A DNA stretch of 64,000 bases, from positions 31,372,001 to 31,436,000 of the forward strand of contig CATNEN010000038.1 in the NCBI GenBank assembly GCA_950097015.1. The letters are read 5' to 3'. The position numbers and the translations under genes are program-made. Of the stretch, positions 12,101-44,600 are shown piece by piece. How positions within the stretch are numbered: position 1 is the stretch's first letter; every line of letters begins with the position of its first letter. Under the pieces are notes generated by a model. That model saw only the letters and a list, made by a program, of their open reading frames with translations, made no database searches and was not told where the DNA came from. The stretch comes from Macrostomum hystrix (lineage: Eukaryota > Animalia > Platyhelminthes).

Positions 12101-13374
12101 TCAATGACTTAACTATACTTCATAAAACTGGCTATGTGCTATGGCTATGACTGGCAGTCGTGCACTGCCGCAGCAGTCAGAAGCGTTCCCTCATGTGACA
12201 GTCCTTCACTGATTCACGTGCAGCCCTGTTGCATTTTCAATGACAATTTTATTTGTCACGATTTTTCTCACTTTTTTTTATCTTATGCGGTTTGCAACGA
12301 TATTATTGCCAGGTCCATGCCCTTCCCTCGCATTGAAGTGGCGCTACTTGATTTCCAACGCAGCTGTACACCACTCACTCCCTCAAGCCGAAGTCCACAC
12401 ACTGATAACTTTTTATTGTGAATTTTACTACTGAAATTCGCAGTCAAATATTTTGTAGAGTATTATTTACTAATTTACGGGAGTAAAAATTACTTTCATT
12501 TCTTTTTACAGCCAATGGGGAGTAAATCTGGGAAGAATTGGAAATAATTGGGAAGATTTGCAATGAATTGGGAAGATTTGGGATGAATTCGGGTAAATTT
12601 TGATGAATTGTGGTGAATTTTAAATAATTGGGATGAAGTGGGATAAATTGGGATTTGAATTTTCATGAATTAGGAAAATAAAGGTTGAATTGGGATAAAC
12701 GATGTGATTATTTGGCAAAGCCATGTTATTAGTTACCAAAATAATTTCTTAAAATAAGCATTAAACCGCAGACTTTTCGTAGTAACATCTACTAGTCTTG
12801 ATCTGTACAACATTTTTACAACATTTTTGTAAAATTTACATTAAAAAGTTATCAGTGTGCACTTATGCAGTTCGTCGGCCGCTCACTTCTGCAGTCCTGT
12901 CACCCATTCTTACTCGCACGGTTTGGCACTCTCTCTATCACTCTCACTCTCTGCAGATCTCTCCGCAGATCGCTCTAAACCTGTTTTTTCTGTCGTTCTG
13001 TTTCTGCCAATATTTTACTATCATATCTATTATCTAAGATGCTGATTTGTGTGGCATAATTTACGCGATTTGCGTTTAGTGATCGCGATTTTACTTAAAG
13101 ATAATACGATATGATAATACGATAATACAATTGACGATAATACCATCTTAGAAAAGAAAATATATCTAATTAAAGAAAAGCGAAACATGAAGAACAATAT
13201 TTTGCAGAACGAGAACGAGAATTATTCATTTTCCTCACTAGGGGCATCACAGGGGCTGGATGGTGGCATGCCCCTCTGGAGCCCCTCATTTGCCGGCGGT
13301 GCAGCCCCTAGCGTTGCCCCTAGGGGTGCGCTTGAAGGTGCCCCTAGCGGGCCCCTAGAAAATTTTCCAGCGGG
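9139..13374 (+). mobile_element. CACTA/EnSpm (CMC)-type DNA transposon, probably internally deleted
   Basis: Imperfect TIRs: left CCCACTGGGAAAAGACCTAGGGGGCCACTAG, right (reverse complement) CCCGCTGGAAAATTTTCTAGGGGCCCGCTAG; TA on both flanks (9137-38, 13375-76); subterminal CTAGGGGC/GCCCCTAG repeats at both ends; internal DUF4806-like ORF. Confidence 0.7.
10786..11895 (+). CDS. Intronless transposon-borne ORF, acidic N-terminus plus DUF4806-like C-terminal domain (369 aa)
   Basis: LSLIGGKTVSDVVRNVITALLSNAMQSKFNRTGSDNKRRF...LKNARDRNGGR resembles DUF4806 of animal EnSpm accessory ORFs; lies within the TIRs; no DDE transposase core seen. Confidence 0.6.
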   Translation: MTSRWTKNRAVNDSIGLLNSGESTEVPIAIDQAIFSDQAELNINPADENTNLSYNFESSAENDMDNHGFISEESDDEEYYSCDEDNDFDTNYSDADCSSTLSRNLFATDCRLSKEPEPVPANLGGTPITVGTPSVASVDQLVVRQGLQPGSTEACYYLVASLFKQVHGLAITLKTESKRWSDGLALLKQAGAASYNCGDSRMEEASMASTEEEVELLIGSLESQDYRADLIRRLSLIGGKTVSDVVRNVITALLSNAMQSKFNRTGSDNKRRFMGPVESVVKDALRRVKPFATAYDINNAIAATLKNARDRNGGRQARRASASTVQPSATMDGTQQTPRRARRRQSSGTEVASGATSKKHLTTKKRRES

Positions 13375-16119
13375 TAGTTAATTTATGTGAGAGATACAAT
13401 TCAGACTACTGACAACAGTAGAAAAGCAAAGACTTGGCTGCAAAACTCTCACATAACACTAAAAAAGTATCGCCATAAAAATGGCAAGCTTAAAAGAGAC
13501 TTCTGTGCACACTAAGAGTGGTGGGGAAGGACGGCGTGTGGCTATATGGCTGACTGACGAAGGCAAACAAACAACCAGAAACCGCGGTCTCGGTCTGCCA
13601 GCACGAGGTTCGTTCCCCACTTTTAGTGTGTTACAATTTGCCCCACGTGGTTGCAGACTTCCATAAAAACCTGATTATGGTCCTTGGGTCCTGATCGGGG
13701 CATGCAAGAGCTAGTGAATGTTGCGCACACGCGCACAAATTGATGACCTAGGGGCTGAGACCCTGCAGGGCCATCGTCAGACCTCTGCAGGACTGCAACC
13801 TAGCTCTAGCTATACATTGTTCAGAGTATAGTGTGGCACGCCCAGGGTGTATTTAGCGCAGCTGCAGAGACCTGTAGATCGAGCGAGCGTCCAGGGGCTC
13901 GCGCTCTCGTGCATAGGTCATCGGGACTGCTTCTATGCATATGCTGCAGAGGTGCACATTGCTGCAGAGGATCGGCTCCACGCGGCCATGCACGCTGAAA
14001 AAATAAATGCACCTTCAGGCCGTCCCTCGCAGCCGCGGCGCGGACCGGGTAGACGTTCCTGATGAGCATGCAGTACCCACGGGCGCCCTCCTCACAGAGA
14101 GCCGCGGGAAAGAGTAAGTGGGACCAGCATGAACAAGTCCATCCAGCTCAAAGCAGTTAATTCAGCTCAGCTAAAGCAGTTAATTGGCACAGCCATGATG
14201 ACTGACAGAATTTTAGCTAAATTGGATTTCAATATTGTTGCCGGAAAAGAGTAAGACTTTTACAAAGGTCGCCGGTTTATATGGCTCAGATGTGAAATTA
14301 CATTATATATATAGTGACTGTAATTAATATTATTCAATCATCGTTTTTTTCAACAGTATAACGATTATAGCAAGATAAACATCTTATAATTTGCTTAATT
14401 TGCTTATACATATCCCAGACTACAGGAAACAAGAAGGGCCATCGTGTTCATGTGCGAACCACATTTTCAGACTAAAAATATAGGTTAATTTAAGGATTCG
14501 TAAGCGAACGTACTAAACTAAAGGAAGCTACTATAGTAGTACCCTAGCAAAAAATTACTCCAATCTGTACTCAACAGCAAGAGACTGTTGTACGAAACCA
14601 TGAATTGATCAATCAAAAAATGGTTAATTATTTAGCAGAATGATGACTCGTAAATGATATAATTGCTACGCGTAAAGTGTAAGTATAATATGAATTTAAA
14701 AAAACATGATATAGAGTTTAATTTTCTAGGCATCTAAATACCCACAACAAAAAAACGGCAAATTTTGCTGTGCATGGCCAAAACAATACTTGCTGAGGCT
14801 TTTAAAAGTACTTTTTAAAGTAAACTGTCAAAACAATACTGACCAACTAATATACACTACGCATGCATGCTCATGCCACTCTGGCATGCACTAAAATTTC
14901 TAAACACGATCTCATAAAAAATTATTCCGAAGAGAATTACGTAAAGTTGATTAGCTATTTTTTCTACCTGATTTCGAAAAGGGTATTAAATTGTGAAGTC
15001 TATTGCACTTTACGTTAGAGTATTTAACAAACAACATTGTAAGGATGTATATAACACAGCTAGTATAATAATGCCAAGAAACTCAGATTTTTTTACTACT
15101 CCGTCTAAAACTATGAAATGTAAAAACTCGGGCTTTACTTAAAATTAGGATTAATTACAGGCTTCGTGACGATTAAAAAAGCATCATATTTTCGAAAACG
15201 ACAGAAAATGAATCTAAGAAATTGTGTACTTGACAGTTTTAAGTAAAAGCAAAAGAACAATTAACAAAGGTTTTGAACATGCACAGCCTAAAGCAGTAAA
15301 GGAAAAATAGCTCAAATTAAGTGAACTTCCAATAGTTTTGATCAATTTTAGTATATTCCGTTTTCACTGCGCAAATTCCTGGAAATAAACAGAAAAATGA
15401 CATAAAAATCGTTGTTTTTTATGGGAAACCAAAATCAATTCAACATCATAGAAAGCAGACTGCAGAACAAAGTGCATTTTGTCGAATTTCTTATATTGAG
15501 GTAGGCTAGGATTCGTTAAGAACAAGAGTCTTTTAAAGAATATATAAATAGTCCTTATGAGAATATGACATGAGTCAAGCACATTTTTAGAAATCGTGCA
15601 ATTTCTATTGCTATTTAGGAGTAGCAGTAAAAGTGATTGCAGTCATCAGAAAAACTCATTATTTTGGGAATCAAACTCTTATTTTAATATAGTTAATAAT
15701 TGGTGTACAGATGCTTGACAACTATCCATCATGTTGGATTTGCTGTAGAAAATCATCACGTTCAAGTCTAAAAATGTTTGACAAAAACCCGCGAGACCAA
15801 AATCAGAGCATTAAAACAACATATTATAACGTTTCGTATACAACATAAATGTTATGAATTATTTCTAAGTTTATTGTAACCTGGTTTAACTACAAAACAT
15901 CATTGTCAGGCAAAATTAAATATATGGTTGAATAGAATATACACCTTAACATCGCGAAAACTAATCTAAACAACAAAAAGGGGTTTAGTTTATTTTGCAG
16001 TTAAATGATCCCATCAAGTTAAAAAATGGTGTACTATTTTTGTCCTTCTCAGTTGCTTAACACGGTGCAGCTAATATATGATACGTAAAAGTTTAAGATA
16101 GGCGCTAAATTAATAAGGA

Positions 16120-16290
16120 TTATCCAATGCTGACATCTTTTGACCCGGCATAATCAACCGGATCATCATAATCCACAGATGGGTTGCTCTTGAGAAAGTT
16201 GGCCAACTGATTCGATGACAGGCTGGAGTTGACAGAGCGCCGGTCAAACTCCGCCTCCAGGCCCATGCGGAAGGCGTTCACCACACGAAC
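16120..16290 (-). CDS. ATP2B: PMCA alternative terminal exon B (VRVVNAFRMGLEAEFDRRS...SIG*)
   Basis: Acceptor CCCAG|GTTCGT, 57 codons including stop; homologous to the second half of the calmodulin-binding domain (IRVVNAF). Confidence 0.8.
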   Translation of the reverse strand, partial: VRVVNAFRMGLEAEFDRRSVNSSLSSNQLANFLKSNPSVDYDDPVDYAGSKDVSIG

Positions 16291-16753
16291 CTGGGAGTGA
16301 TTTTGAAGAACTCAAACATGGTCGAATTAAAGTGATTGGATGTGTGTGTGTCTGGCAAAGGACTTGTACATTCCGTTGCAGAGAGTTTGTACTATAAGCG
16401 TTATTTGAATTATGAACTAGCTACTCGTATCTGTAGACAGCTATTTGATGTACAATAGAATACAACACAAAATATTTTTTACTCTTTGTTTTAATGGAAA
16501 CAATCACAAGAGGTGGGGGTTCGTATTAAATGGAAATGATTTCAAATTTCATCAATTTACATGATCTAATTTCGTGAGTATTAAAAGTATTATATTGCAT
16601 ACTGAAAGCCAAATCCGGTAATGCAATCAACATGATTGATCAATCATTAATTTCTCTAAATGTAAATTTCTGCCATTGCCATTGCTGCGCCTTCTAGCTA
16701 TTAGCTTAATCACCTTTTATTGAAAAATAAATATTATTGTGTCCTTAACCAGC

Positions 16754-35151
<18,398 letters not shown>

Positions 35152-35324
35152 GCTGAATCGAGAACGTCTCAACTTCTCTGAGCTTTAGTCTGAGTTAATT
35201 TGCGCTGTTGCTATGGATGTTGCTGAAACTGCCGTTGTGTTTCACGGTGGTGAGAATGTTCCAAATTACTAAATTAACACATGTTATCAACACCTGCAAG
35301 ATTCAGTCAGGTTACTCTGTCAGT

Positions 35325-35531
35325 TGAGTCTGTTAAGTGAGTCTGTCAGGTGAGTCTGTCAGGTGAGTCTGTCAGGTGAGTCTGTCAGGTGAGTCTGTCA
35401 GTTGAGTCTGTCAGTTGAGTCTGTCAGTTGAGTCTGTCAGTTGAGTCTGTCAGTTGAGTCTGTCAGGTGAGTCTGTCAGTTGAGTCTGTCAGTTGAGTCT
35501 GTCAGGTGAGTCTGTCAGGTGAGTCTGTCAG
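35325..35531. repeat. 13-bp minisatellite (GAGTCTGTCAGGT/GTT) upstream of the first PMCA coding exon
   Basis: Read directly; acceptor CTTGCAG| near 35294 suggests a 5'UTR intron. Confidence 0.9.
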
Positions 35532-37004
35532 ATATGCGGCAATAGACATTTTTTAATCTCTCAATCTTCAATAAAAAATGCACTAGTATTGATACTTTTC
35601 TGTTAAATCATGCTCACGCAGACCTGCTCAACGTAACACCCCCGTGCTCCGCTGCAGACTCTGTGTTTCTGCGCGTGCGAATAAGCAAACTCCACGATAG
35701 TTTCAGAGGATCATAACACTGTGTAAGATAGCCAGAGAGGAATAAAGAGTAAAAATGATGAAAAAGGAACTCGTTGGTCAGGGACATATGAGAGGTGGTT
35801 AGCGTACCGAGGTTTATTGCAGTGGCCTCGGGCACACCTCACTGTCACGGGTTGCGGGAAGCGGGTTGGGTTGGGAGGGATACAGTTTTAGCCTCGCATC
35901 TCTTGTCCAGCATGAGCACTATTATGAGCATTGCTCAACCATCTCTCACCCTCTAAGGTAAGGAAAGACGACGGGAAAAAAGTCCTGTCCGGGGGTAAGG
36001 TAGTGCTCACAGTATTTCACAGGCGCATCTATGTTATTACTTTGCAAGCTGGCGTCAATCACTAACCGAAATTGAATATTTCTCTTAGCAGAATATTTTA
36101 GTTACAAATTGAAGTGCAAATCTTTCATGTGGGGGAAAATCGAAACCAGGTTCATTTTTGTCGGTACGTGATTTTTGCAAAAAAAATGTTTAACTTAGAG
36201 AGTTTCGTGACAGTCCGAGAGTCAGAGAGGGGATAATTTAGTTGGAGTCTAAAAAAACTGGCCCAGAGAGTAGAATCTGAGTGCATATAGTTGGGCATAA
36301 ATTTCGTGGCATTTGCGTCACTAAAGCTCTCTAGGTGAGCAGGCTATAGGCGGGGCGAGTCCAGGCCTTATTTTCGCTCCCATCCGCCCCGGCCTCTGCC
36401 CCTAGTCCGAAATTCGCCCCCACCCCACGAAACGCGTCGCGTCGGCATGCGAAAAAATGCCGAAAAATCTGTGCGTACCCGCCTCCTCGCCCTTCTTACC
36501 TTCTCTCCCTCTGTCTCAAATGTCTCTCTGTCTGTCTGCCTTCTTCTGTCGGCTTCTGCCTCATTTTTTATGGGATCATACGCCGAGGAGACGGGGAGCA
36601 CAGACAGAGGCCATCAGTCAGCAAGAGAGACAAGGAGAAAAAGGAAGTGGCGTTGAAGCTACAAAAGGGGGAGAGAGTAGCTACTGGGCTAGCAACTAAG
36701 GAGCATTGGGCCTGGGGTAGAAAGGGAAGAAAATTCAGGACAGTATAGTGCAATTCTCTGTTGTTTATCGAACAATGGAGAGCAACCATAATTTTGGTTG
36801 CAGCAATGATTATTGTTCATTTGCGGATTGCTGGGGAATGAACGTGATTGATATAAAACATCATATTTACAGAAATGTAATAAAATAGATTGAACGTGAC
36901 AGTTTCAATAGCCATGAATTGTAAAAGACATTTTTCTAATACTGAAAGTTAGTTTGTTGACAAGGCCACATTTATTTCGGATGCATTCCGTTTCCAACCT
37001 ACAA

Positions 37005-37215
37005 CTCACACTGAGAGTGTACACTGCCTGACGATGAGAAAGTCAGGGCAGATGTACACACCTGTGTGAGTTTGTGCCGGTGTACAGTATCTGTGCGTGT
37101 GTGTGCTCAGGAGTCAGCGAAATGGGCAGAAGTGCCTCCTCGCTGGCTGCGAGTCACTAAAGTGTCACCAAATGATGTCTCATAGCCACAGGCCTCCTGC
37201 AATTATAATAATATA
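37005..37215 (+). mobile_element. SINE family A, 3' part
   Basis: Shares the hairpin and GTGCTCAGGAGTCAGCGAAATGGGCAGAA with the other copies; AAT-rich tail. Confidence 0.75.
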
Positions 37216-38586
37216 ATAAAACAATACATATCTGCTTGAATTTTATTTTTTTTGTAGAAATCCATGGCAAATTAGCGACTAATTTGTAATCATTTAAGTT
37301 AGTCGTAAAAATGTTGCAACATAATTAAATAAGAAAAATCCCTAAGAAACGGTAAGAAAAATTAAGCAAAGAGTTGGGTTTAACTTATAATTTATGATTC
37401 AACTAAGTTAAGGACAAAAATAAAAGTAAAGCATGACCAATTTCAGTTAAGGCAGCTAGAGAAAATGTTTAGAGCTAAAGATGTTATAAATATGTCTCGT
37501 TTTAAACGATTATTTAAATGATAATATATATAACTATTTAGCCAGTGACCAGTTGAAAAATTTTATAACCTTAGAAACTTGAGGTCAATATACACTACAT
37601 GCATTAATCAAGGAATTCTACATCAACAGCAAAAAAAAACATTTTAGTTTTGGAATCCGCAGGTCCATCATATAATAGACACAATAAATAAACTGAAGGA
37701 AATTGTTCTTTTTTATATATTATTTAGTTATATTTTTTGTATAGTATATTATAGGACGACAGAGTAGACGACAACAGACCATAAAATTATTAGACCATGG
37801 AATGATGATTTGTGAACAAATATGACTTTAAAAAAAATAAAACAAAAATCTAATTTAAAGCACCTTTTAAAGATTAAAAACTATTAAAAAGGATTTCAGA
37901 GAACCATGCAAAATTTTGGATATCTAAATTATATATTTTATCGCGTCAAGTAGCAAGTGCCGGACTCCAAAATTGCATCAATTTAAAAAAGTCAAACTGA
38001 TTGATTTCGTGTAGATCTTTAAGATTATCGCGCTTTCTCGAACTAAAACATTTGATGTCTTAATAATTAAGAGAATATTTTTTCAACACTAATTTAGCTT
38101 TCAAGCCTTTTTAACTAATTCATTGCAATAAGTTTTGTAAGGCTTTGTTTAAATATTCACAGTATATCCGGAAAAGCACACTCCAATGACCGTGACCGTG
38201 AAAATAGCAAGGACTACTCTTACTGTAGCATACCTGCAGTAGCCCTTAGTTTACTTTCGTTTTCTTACGTGTTTTATGTAGCATATTGTGACGTGCCTAT
38301 CCCATTGTATTTATGTTATGTCGGGAAAGAAAGCTGCTAAATATCACGTATTTACATGAATGACACATGCTTAAGGCCTACATTAATCAATATTGTCTCT
38401 TAGATATATTTATTCCGGGACTTTTTGTATACATTTTCACAAAAAATCAATCATCATTAAGATTCATTACTAAATTAAATTATATTCAGAGTCGAACTTT
38501 CTTTTTTACGATCGATCAAGGGAAGACATGGGACGTAATAATAACTATAGTTTTGGACTCTTTAATTAAATTCTGGTAGCATAATT

Positions 38587-39849
38587 TCAGTCGTCAGTTT
38601 TCTTGTGCAACATTCGATCCATGCGCTCCTGTAGAGCTTTTTTCATTCGCATCTCAAGAACATTGGCCTCTGCCCAGCGCGACACGTGATCCTTCTTGTA
38701 GCGATACTCGTCCGGTATTGGTTCGCGTCTGTCGAACTGCGATCGGGTGTAATCCAGATGATTGGAGCTGACTCGTTGATTGACGCTGTAGCCGCGACCA
38801 AAAACGTTGGTACGCAACGCGTTGCCCAGCTGCTCGTAGGTGGGATCGCCAGACTCTAGCTGGGACGAAGGCTCTACAGCTTGTGGTCGATTGTCACCTG
38901 GTGCAGCGCGAGCGCCCGTCTGCTTCCTCTGCTGCATCTTCCGGCTAGTCTCGAGAACGGCCTCCCTGCTGCTGAGCAGATTCTGGCACACCTCGGAGCC
39001 GAATTGGTGCACCAGCCGCATCGGTACTTCGACGCCGTTCACCAACTGGCTACTGGGAGGCAGGCGTCGCATGGCCTGCTGACGCTGGATGGTACGAGGC
39101 GTCAAGACGAGTCGATCTGCGCGAAGCGAGGATCGGAAGACGCGATAAAAAGCTTTTTTGAACAACTTACCACGAACGAAATGAAACCAAATTTGCTTGC
39201 GTTATTTACCTGGCCTAGTGTACATCGGCATCGGCGGAGGAGTGACCTCGCTGTCAAACTCCATGCCCTTTCGAAGCGGATCGCCAACCAGAGAGTAGTT
39301 GTGCGTCTCCGTTTGTCGTCTGTATTTGTCCCGGTTAAAATTACGAACTCCCGGCCCCATAAAGTCGGGATTGACCTCAGCCGAGTGGTCCAAGTCGTTT
39401 GTTGTCATCCAGCGCGGTCTGGCGCCGTAGTTCCTACCAGTTGGCAGGGCGTCAAGCGGATGCGGCAGGTCGAAGACGTACTTGGCGTCGCGCTCCATCA
39501 GGTTGATGCGCTTCTCGCGCAGTTTCAACCGGCGCCGGTGCTCGTCCAGTTCGCGCGAATGTCGCTGAATGTCCGGCGCGTGACGCTGGCGCAGAAAGTC
39601 GGCTAGCTCGGCTGGCAGCGGCTCCGGGCGTGGCCGCTCCCGGCGCATCGCCACCGGCTTCCAGGCGACGTCCTCGTTGACGTCTGCCGTTTTATCGACG
39701 TCGGGCAAGGCCCGCAGCTCGGCATCGGGGACCCGCTCGAGGACGCTGCCGAACAGGGTTCGATTAGGCCGGGCCTCAGTCTTGCGCACGCGAAGGTGGC
39801 TCGCCAGCCGCTTTTCTGACTGTGGCTGGTCCTGAACCTGAGCTGTCAT
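38587..39849 (-). CDS. TEX33-like protein; exons 39849-39210 and 39116-38587
   Basis: 93-nt GT-AG phase-1 intron joins two ORFs; C-terminus LGNALRTNVFG...DYT...PDEYRYKKDHVSRWAEANVL resembles the TEX33 domain (recognised from memory, not searched). Confidence 0.6.
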
Positions 39850-40413
39850 GACTGTTGAGCCCAGGGGCAGATAAGGCAAGATTCGTCTCAGGATCAACTA
39901 TTTACTAAAAGCTTTTTGAGCAGCCTCACACCGCGTTCATTTATTATTACACTCTTCAAATCTTTGAGCAGGTATTAGTGGGCTGGGTTGTCTTATTCAG
40001 CTATTCTTCTGGAATTTTTTTTGTTTGGTTGCCAAGGGCGAGACTTTTGCACCGAGAGTCGGAAGATTCTGGGCTGGCTGTCGCTGGAAGGATCAACACA
40101 GCTATTTTCTCTCGCTCACTCCTCATCATCTCCATCTTTTAGCAGCACCCTTTCCACCTTTCCTCTCGCAGTCTTCTCTAAGCTAAGTTTAAACCCTGCG
40201 TACAGCAGCAAACTGTGCTCAGTTGAGCAGCTCACTCTGTCTATGCAGGTATACTATGGGAAGTGCGTGCACAGCGGTTACAATTTTAGAGTTTACTTCA
40301 AATGTGAAACGGACGAAACAAATTACACACGGCGGCAGAATTATGAACTGTACTGCAGCATAATAATAATAAATTGAGTCTTCGCAGTAAGAGACCATAT
40401 TTATCGTCTAACA

Positions 40414-40725
40414 GGGGTTGCCAGCATTGTGGTTAGAGCGTCGGACTCACGACTTGAAGGTCGGGGGTTCGATTCCCGAAACCGCTGGAATAATTTGTGT
40501 CATTTAGCAAGACACTTAACTCTGCATTGATTCAGTTCACTCAGCTGGGTACCAGCAGCAGATAACAGCTGTGGTAATTGAGGGTGGGTGTGGCGTCCTC
40601 CCAGTCCATGGACTTAACAGCCGTACGCAGCTTTCAGATGAGCAGCGCATTAGCTGCAGCTGTGCTGTCTGCTGCACATCTGACCTAATCGGGGCAGGTG
40701 TAATCAATTATTAATTATAATAATA
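40414..40725 (+). mobile_element. tRNA-derived CORE-SINE (family B), full length
   Basis: Reverse-complement homolog of 31502-31820. Confidence 0.85.
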
Positions 40726-41619
40726 GTAGTTGCAGAAACTTTGCTTGTCCGACTTGTCTAACACAGATAGTCAATTAGATTTAGTGCATGTATATAGTAG
40801 CGGTTAGGTGAGAAGAAAAAAGAAATGTTCATAATGAAAGATCGATCACTTGTATTTGTGGAAATACTCTATTTCTGACTTTGGGATACAAGTTCCTGTC
40901 AAAAGAAACATGTCAAGATCAGAACAGCTCATACTTCAATACATTTCCTCCATGCCTCATGAGCACAAGTTACTTAGAATCTAAAAGTGGACTCTGAAAG
41001 TCGCGTTACATAGAAGCTGCACTTCTGATTGATTTACCGATGCAATATTCTGCCATAACCCAATCTTATTCTCAGGGACGAGAAACAACTCACGGCTAAA
41101 GAGTGTGGGAAAAAATCTACATAAACTATGAAATTGGAGTCAGGAGAGACTGAAACACAATGGCCTCAGTAAAGAGACGAGTTTGAAAATGGGGGAGTGC
41201 TATAGAAGAGGGTGCCGCGCTGAGCGCTCACTGCTGACGGAGGCTATCTGAGTACCGCAGGAGTTTAGAACAGCCAGGCGGGATGAGGTTGGAGCAGAAG
41301 CGGAGACGAGAATCGAAGGAGCTCAGCTTTGCCAGGGAAGAGAAAGGGCGTGCGTGAGCAGCTAGGGTAGAGCAGGGACAAGACTATCATAGCCAAAGCC
41401 CGTGAGCTCTCCCAGCTTTAGATTTCAGGTTCCCGTACCGTCGTCCGTTCCAGCGCCGAGGGATTATTTCATTGACTAAACAGTTCCTGACATCCCTATA
41501 ATTATTCGTTTGTCCTCTCTCTCCATCTCTTCCTGACCTCCCGAATTTCACATGTAAAACTCGATAACTAGGAAGTTACTCTGTTGTTTTAATGCTTTGA
41601 TTCAGTAATTATTTTCTGA

Positions 41620-44600
41620 ATGACATCCTCACCTGCTGGGAAGTTGGCGGCCGATGAGGCCGATGACGGCGGCTTCACAGGTCGCTATGGCAACGGAAGG
41701 CATCAGCGACAGTTGCAACAGCGGCAGAGTAAGCAACAGCAGCAGCAGCAGAGATTTTCTTACGCTGATCCGATGAGCGACGGAACACTCAGGGGAATTG
41801 CTAACTCCGACTTTCAACAGGTTAGTCAGCGAACAGGATCTGATCTGCCTAACAGGATATGATCTGTCTAACAGGATCTAATATGTCTAACAGGATCTAA
41901 TATGTCTAACAGGATCCGTCTAACAGGATCTGATCTGCCTAACAGGATATGATCTGTCTAACAGGATCTAATATGTCTAACAGGATCTAATATGTCTAAC
42001 AGGATCCGTCTAACAGGATCTGATCTACCTAACAGGATATGATCTGTCTAACAGGATCTAATTTGTCTAACAGGATACAGTCTGCCTAACAGGATACAAT
42101 CTGTCTAACAGGATCCAATCTGTCTAACAGGATCTAATATGTCTAACAGGATCCGTCTAACAGGATCTGATCTGCCTAACAGGATCTGATCTGCCTAACA
42201 GGATCTGATCGGTCTATCAGGATCTAATATGTCTAACAGGATCTAATATGTCTAACAGGATCTAATATGTCTAACAGGATCTAATATGTCTAACAGGATC
42301 CGTCTAACAGGATCTGATCTGCCTAACAGGATATGATCTGTCTAACAGGATCTAATTTGTCTAACAGGATCTAATATGTATAACAGGATCTAATATGTCT
42401 AACAGGATCCGTCTAACAGGATCTGATCTGCCTAACAGGATCTGATCTGCCTAACAGGATCTGATCGGTCTATCAGGATCTAATATGTCTAACAGGATCT
42501 AATATGTCTAACAGGATCTAATATGTCTAACAGGATCTAATATGTCTAACAGGATCCGTCTAACAGGATCTGATCTGCCTAACAGGATCTGATCTGCCTA
42601 ACAGGATCTGATCGGTCTATCAGGATCTAATATGTCTAACAGGATCTAATATGTCTAACAGGATCCGTCTAACAGGATCTTATCTGTCTAACAGGATCTG
42701 ATCGGTCTAACATGATCTAATATGTCTAACAGGATCTAATATGTCTAACAGGATCCGTCTAACAGGATCTGATCTGTCTAACAGGATCTAATCTGTCTAA
42801 CAGGATCCGTCTAACACAACCAACTCGCAGAGCTGTGAGAACTTCTACGAGGAAACCGGTCCTCATCCTCGGCCGCAGGATCTGCCAGTTTTCACCGTCT
42901 CCGGCGCCAAAGTTGCCTTCAGTGTCCCGCCAGCTGACGAGAGTTCAACTGACGCCATCCAGAGTCACTGGTTAGATCAGCAGCAACGGCGTCGGACTGG
43001 AAAATTACCAGAAAGTCTTGGTCCATACAGGCTAGTTCTGCTTGCATTGATCTTTGCACTTGTTGCTGTGGCCATTGTTCTCATCATAACCCTGCCAATA
43101 GTTCTTGTTGCTAACCGACGTAACGACAATCGAGCTGCAGCCGACACAGCAAAACGAATCGAAGCAACTGGGAATCAGCGAGAAATCACTTGCGGCGTTC
43201 TGACAGCCACTTCGGTATCATCGAGTGTGTACAGGTTCAATGGTATTCCATATGCTAGGCAACCAACAGGCACAAGACTACTGGTCCCAGCCAGAGTTAT
43301 TGATAGCCAGGCCACGTGCGCCAGTGCCTGGCACATGACACCGGAGGAAATCAGCACCGTGTGGTGAGTGCAATTTTTGTCGCTAGGGGCCAGGAGACAA
43401 GACCTGAAGGATGGAAATAGTTGAGGCTTAGAAACAGCCATCTGGTGGGCAGAAATTCTGAAAAAAGCTGCTAACTAAAAGACAGAAATCTTGGGGTAGA
43501 AACTGCCAACTAAAAGACAGAAACCTTGGGGAAGAAACAGCCAACTAAAAGACAGAAACCTTGGGGAAGAAACAGCCAACTAAAAGACAGAAACCTTGGG
43601 GAAGAAACAGCCAACTAAAAGACAGAAACCTTGGGGAAGAAACAGCCAACTAAAAGACAGAAACCTTGGGGAAGAAACTGCCAACTAAAAGACAGAAACC
43701 TTGGGGAAGAAACAGCCAACTAAAAGACAGAAACCTTGGGGAAGAAACAGCCAACTAAAAGACAGAAACCTTGGGGAAGAAACAGCCAACTAAAAGACAG
43801 AAATCTTGGGGTAGAAACAGCCAACTAAAAGACAGAAATCTTGGTGAACAAACAGCCAACTAAAAGACAGAAACCTTGGGGAAGAAACAGCCAACTAAAA
43901 GACAGAAATCTTGGGGTAGAAACAGCCAACTAAAAGACAGAAACCTTGGGGAAGAAACAGCCAACTAAAAGACAGAAACCTTGGGGAAGAAACAGCCAAC
44001 TAAAAGACAGAAACCTTGGGGAAGAAACAGCCAACTAAAAGACAGAAACCTTGGGGAAGAAACAGCCAACTAAAAGACAGAAACCTTGGGGAAGAAACTG
44101 CCAACTAAAAGACAGAAACCTTGGGGTAGAAACAGCCAACTAAAAGACAGAAACCTTGGGGTAGAAACAGCCAACTAAAAGACAGAAACCTTGGGGAAGA
44201 AACAGCCAACTAAAAGACAGAAACCTTGGGGAAGAAACAGCCAACTAAAAGACAGAAATCTTGGGGTAGAAACAGCCAACTAAAAGACAGAAACCTTGGG
44301 GTAGAAACAGCCAACTAAAAGACAGAAACCTTGGGGTAGAAACAGCCAACTAAAAGACAGAAACATTGGGGAAGAAACAGCCAACTAAAAGACAGAAACC
44401 TTGGGGTAGAAACAGCCAACTAAAAGACAGAAACCTTGGGGTAGAAACAGCACACTAAAAGACAGAAACCTTGGGGAAGAAACAGCCAACTAAAAGACAG
44501 AAACATTGGGGAAGAAACAGCCAACTAAAAGACAGAAACCTTGGGGTAGAAACAGCCAACTAAAAGACAGAAACCTTGGGGTAGAAACAGCCAACTAAAA

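Noticed and set aside
13725-14110. GC-rich patch, possibly a degraded retroelement or exon
   Set aside because: No recognisable domain or consistent splice sites
14050-14126. Hammerhead-like CTGATGAG...GAAA
   Set aside because: No convincing stem II or III
37028-37052. Hammerhead ribozyme in SINE A (CTGACGA-TGA-GAAA)
   Set aside because: No stem II, stems I/III cannot form in the required register, and an alternative long hairpin explains the sequence
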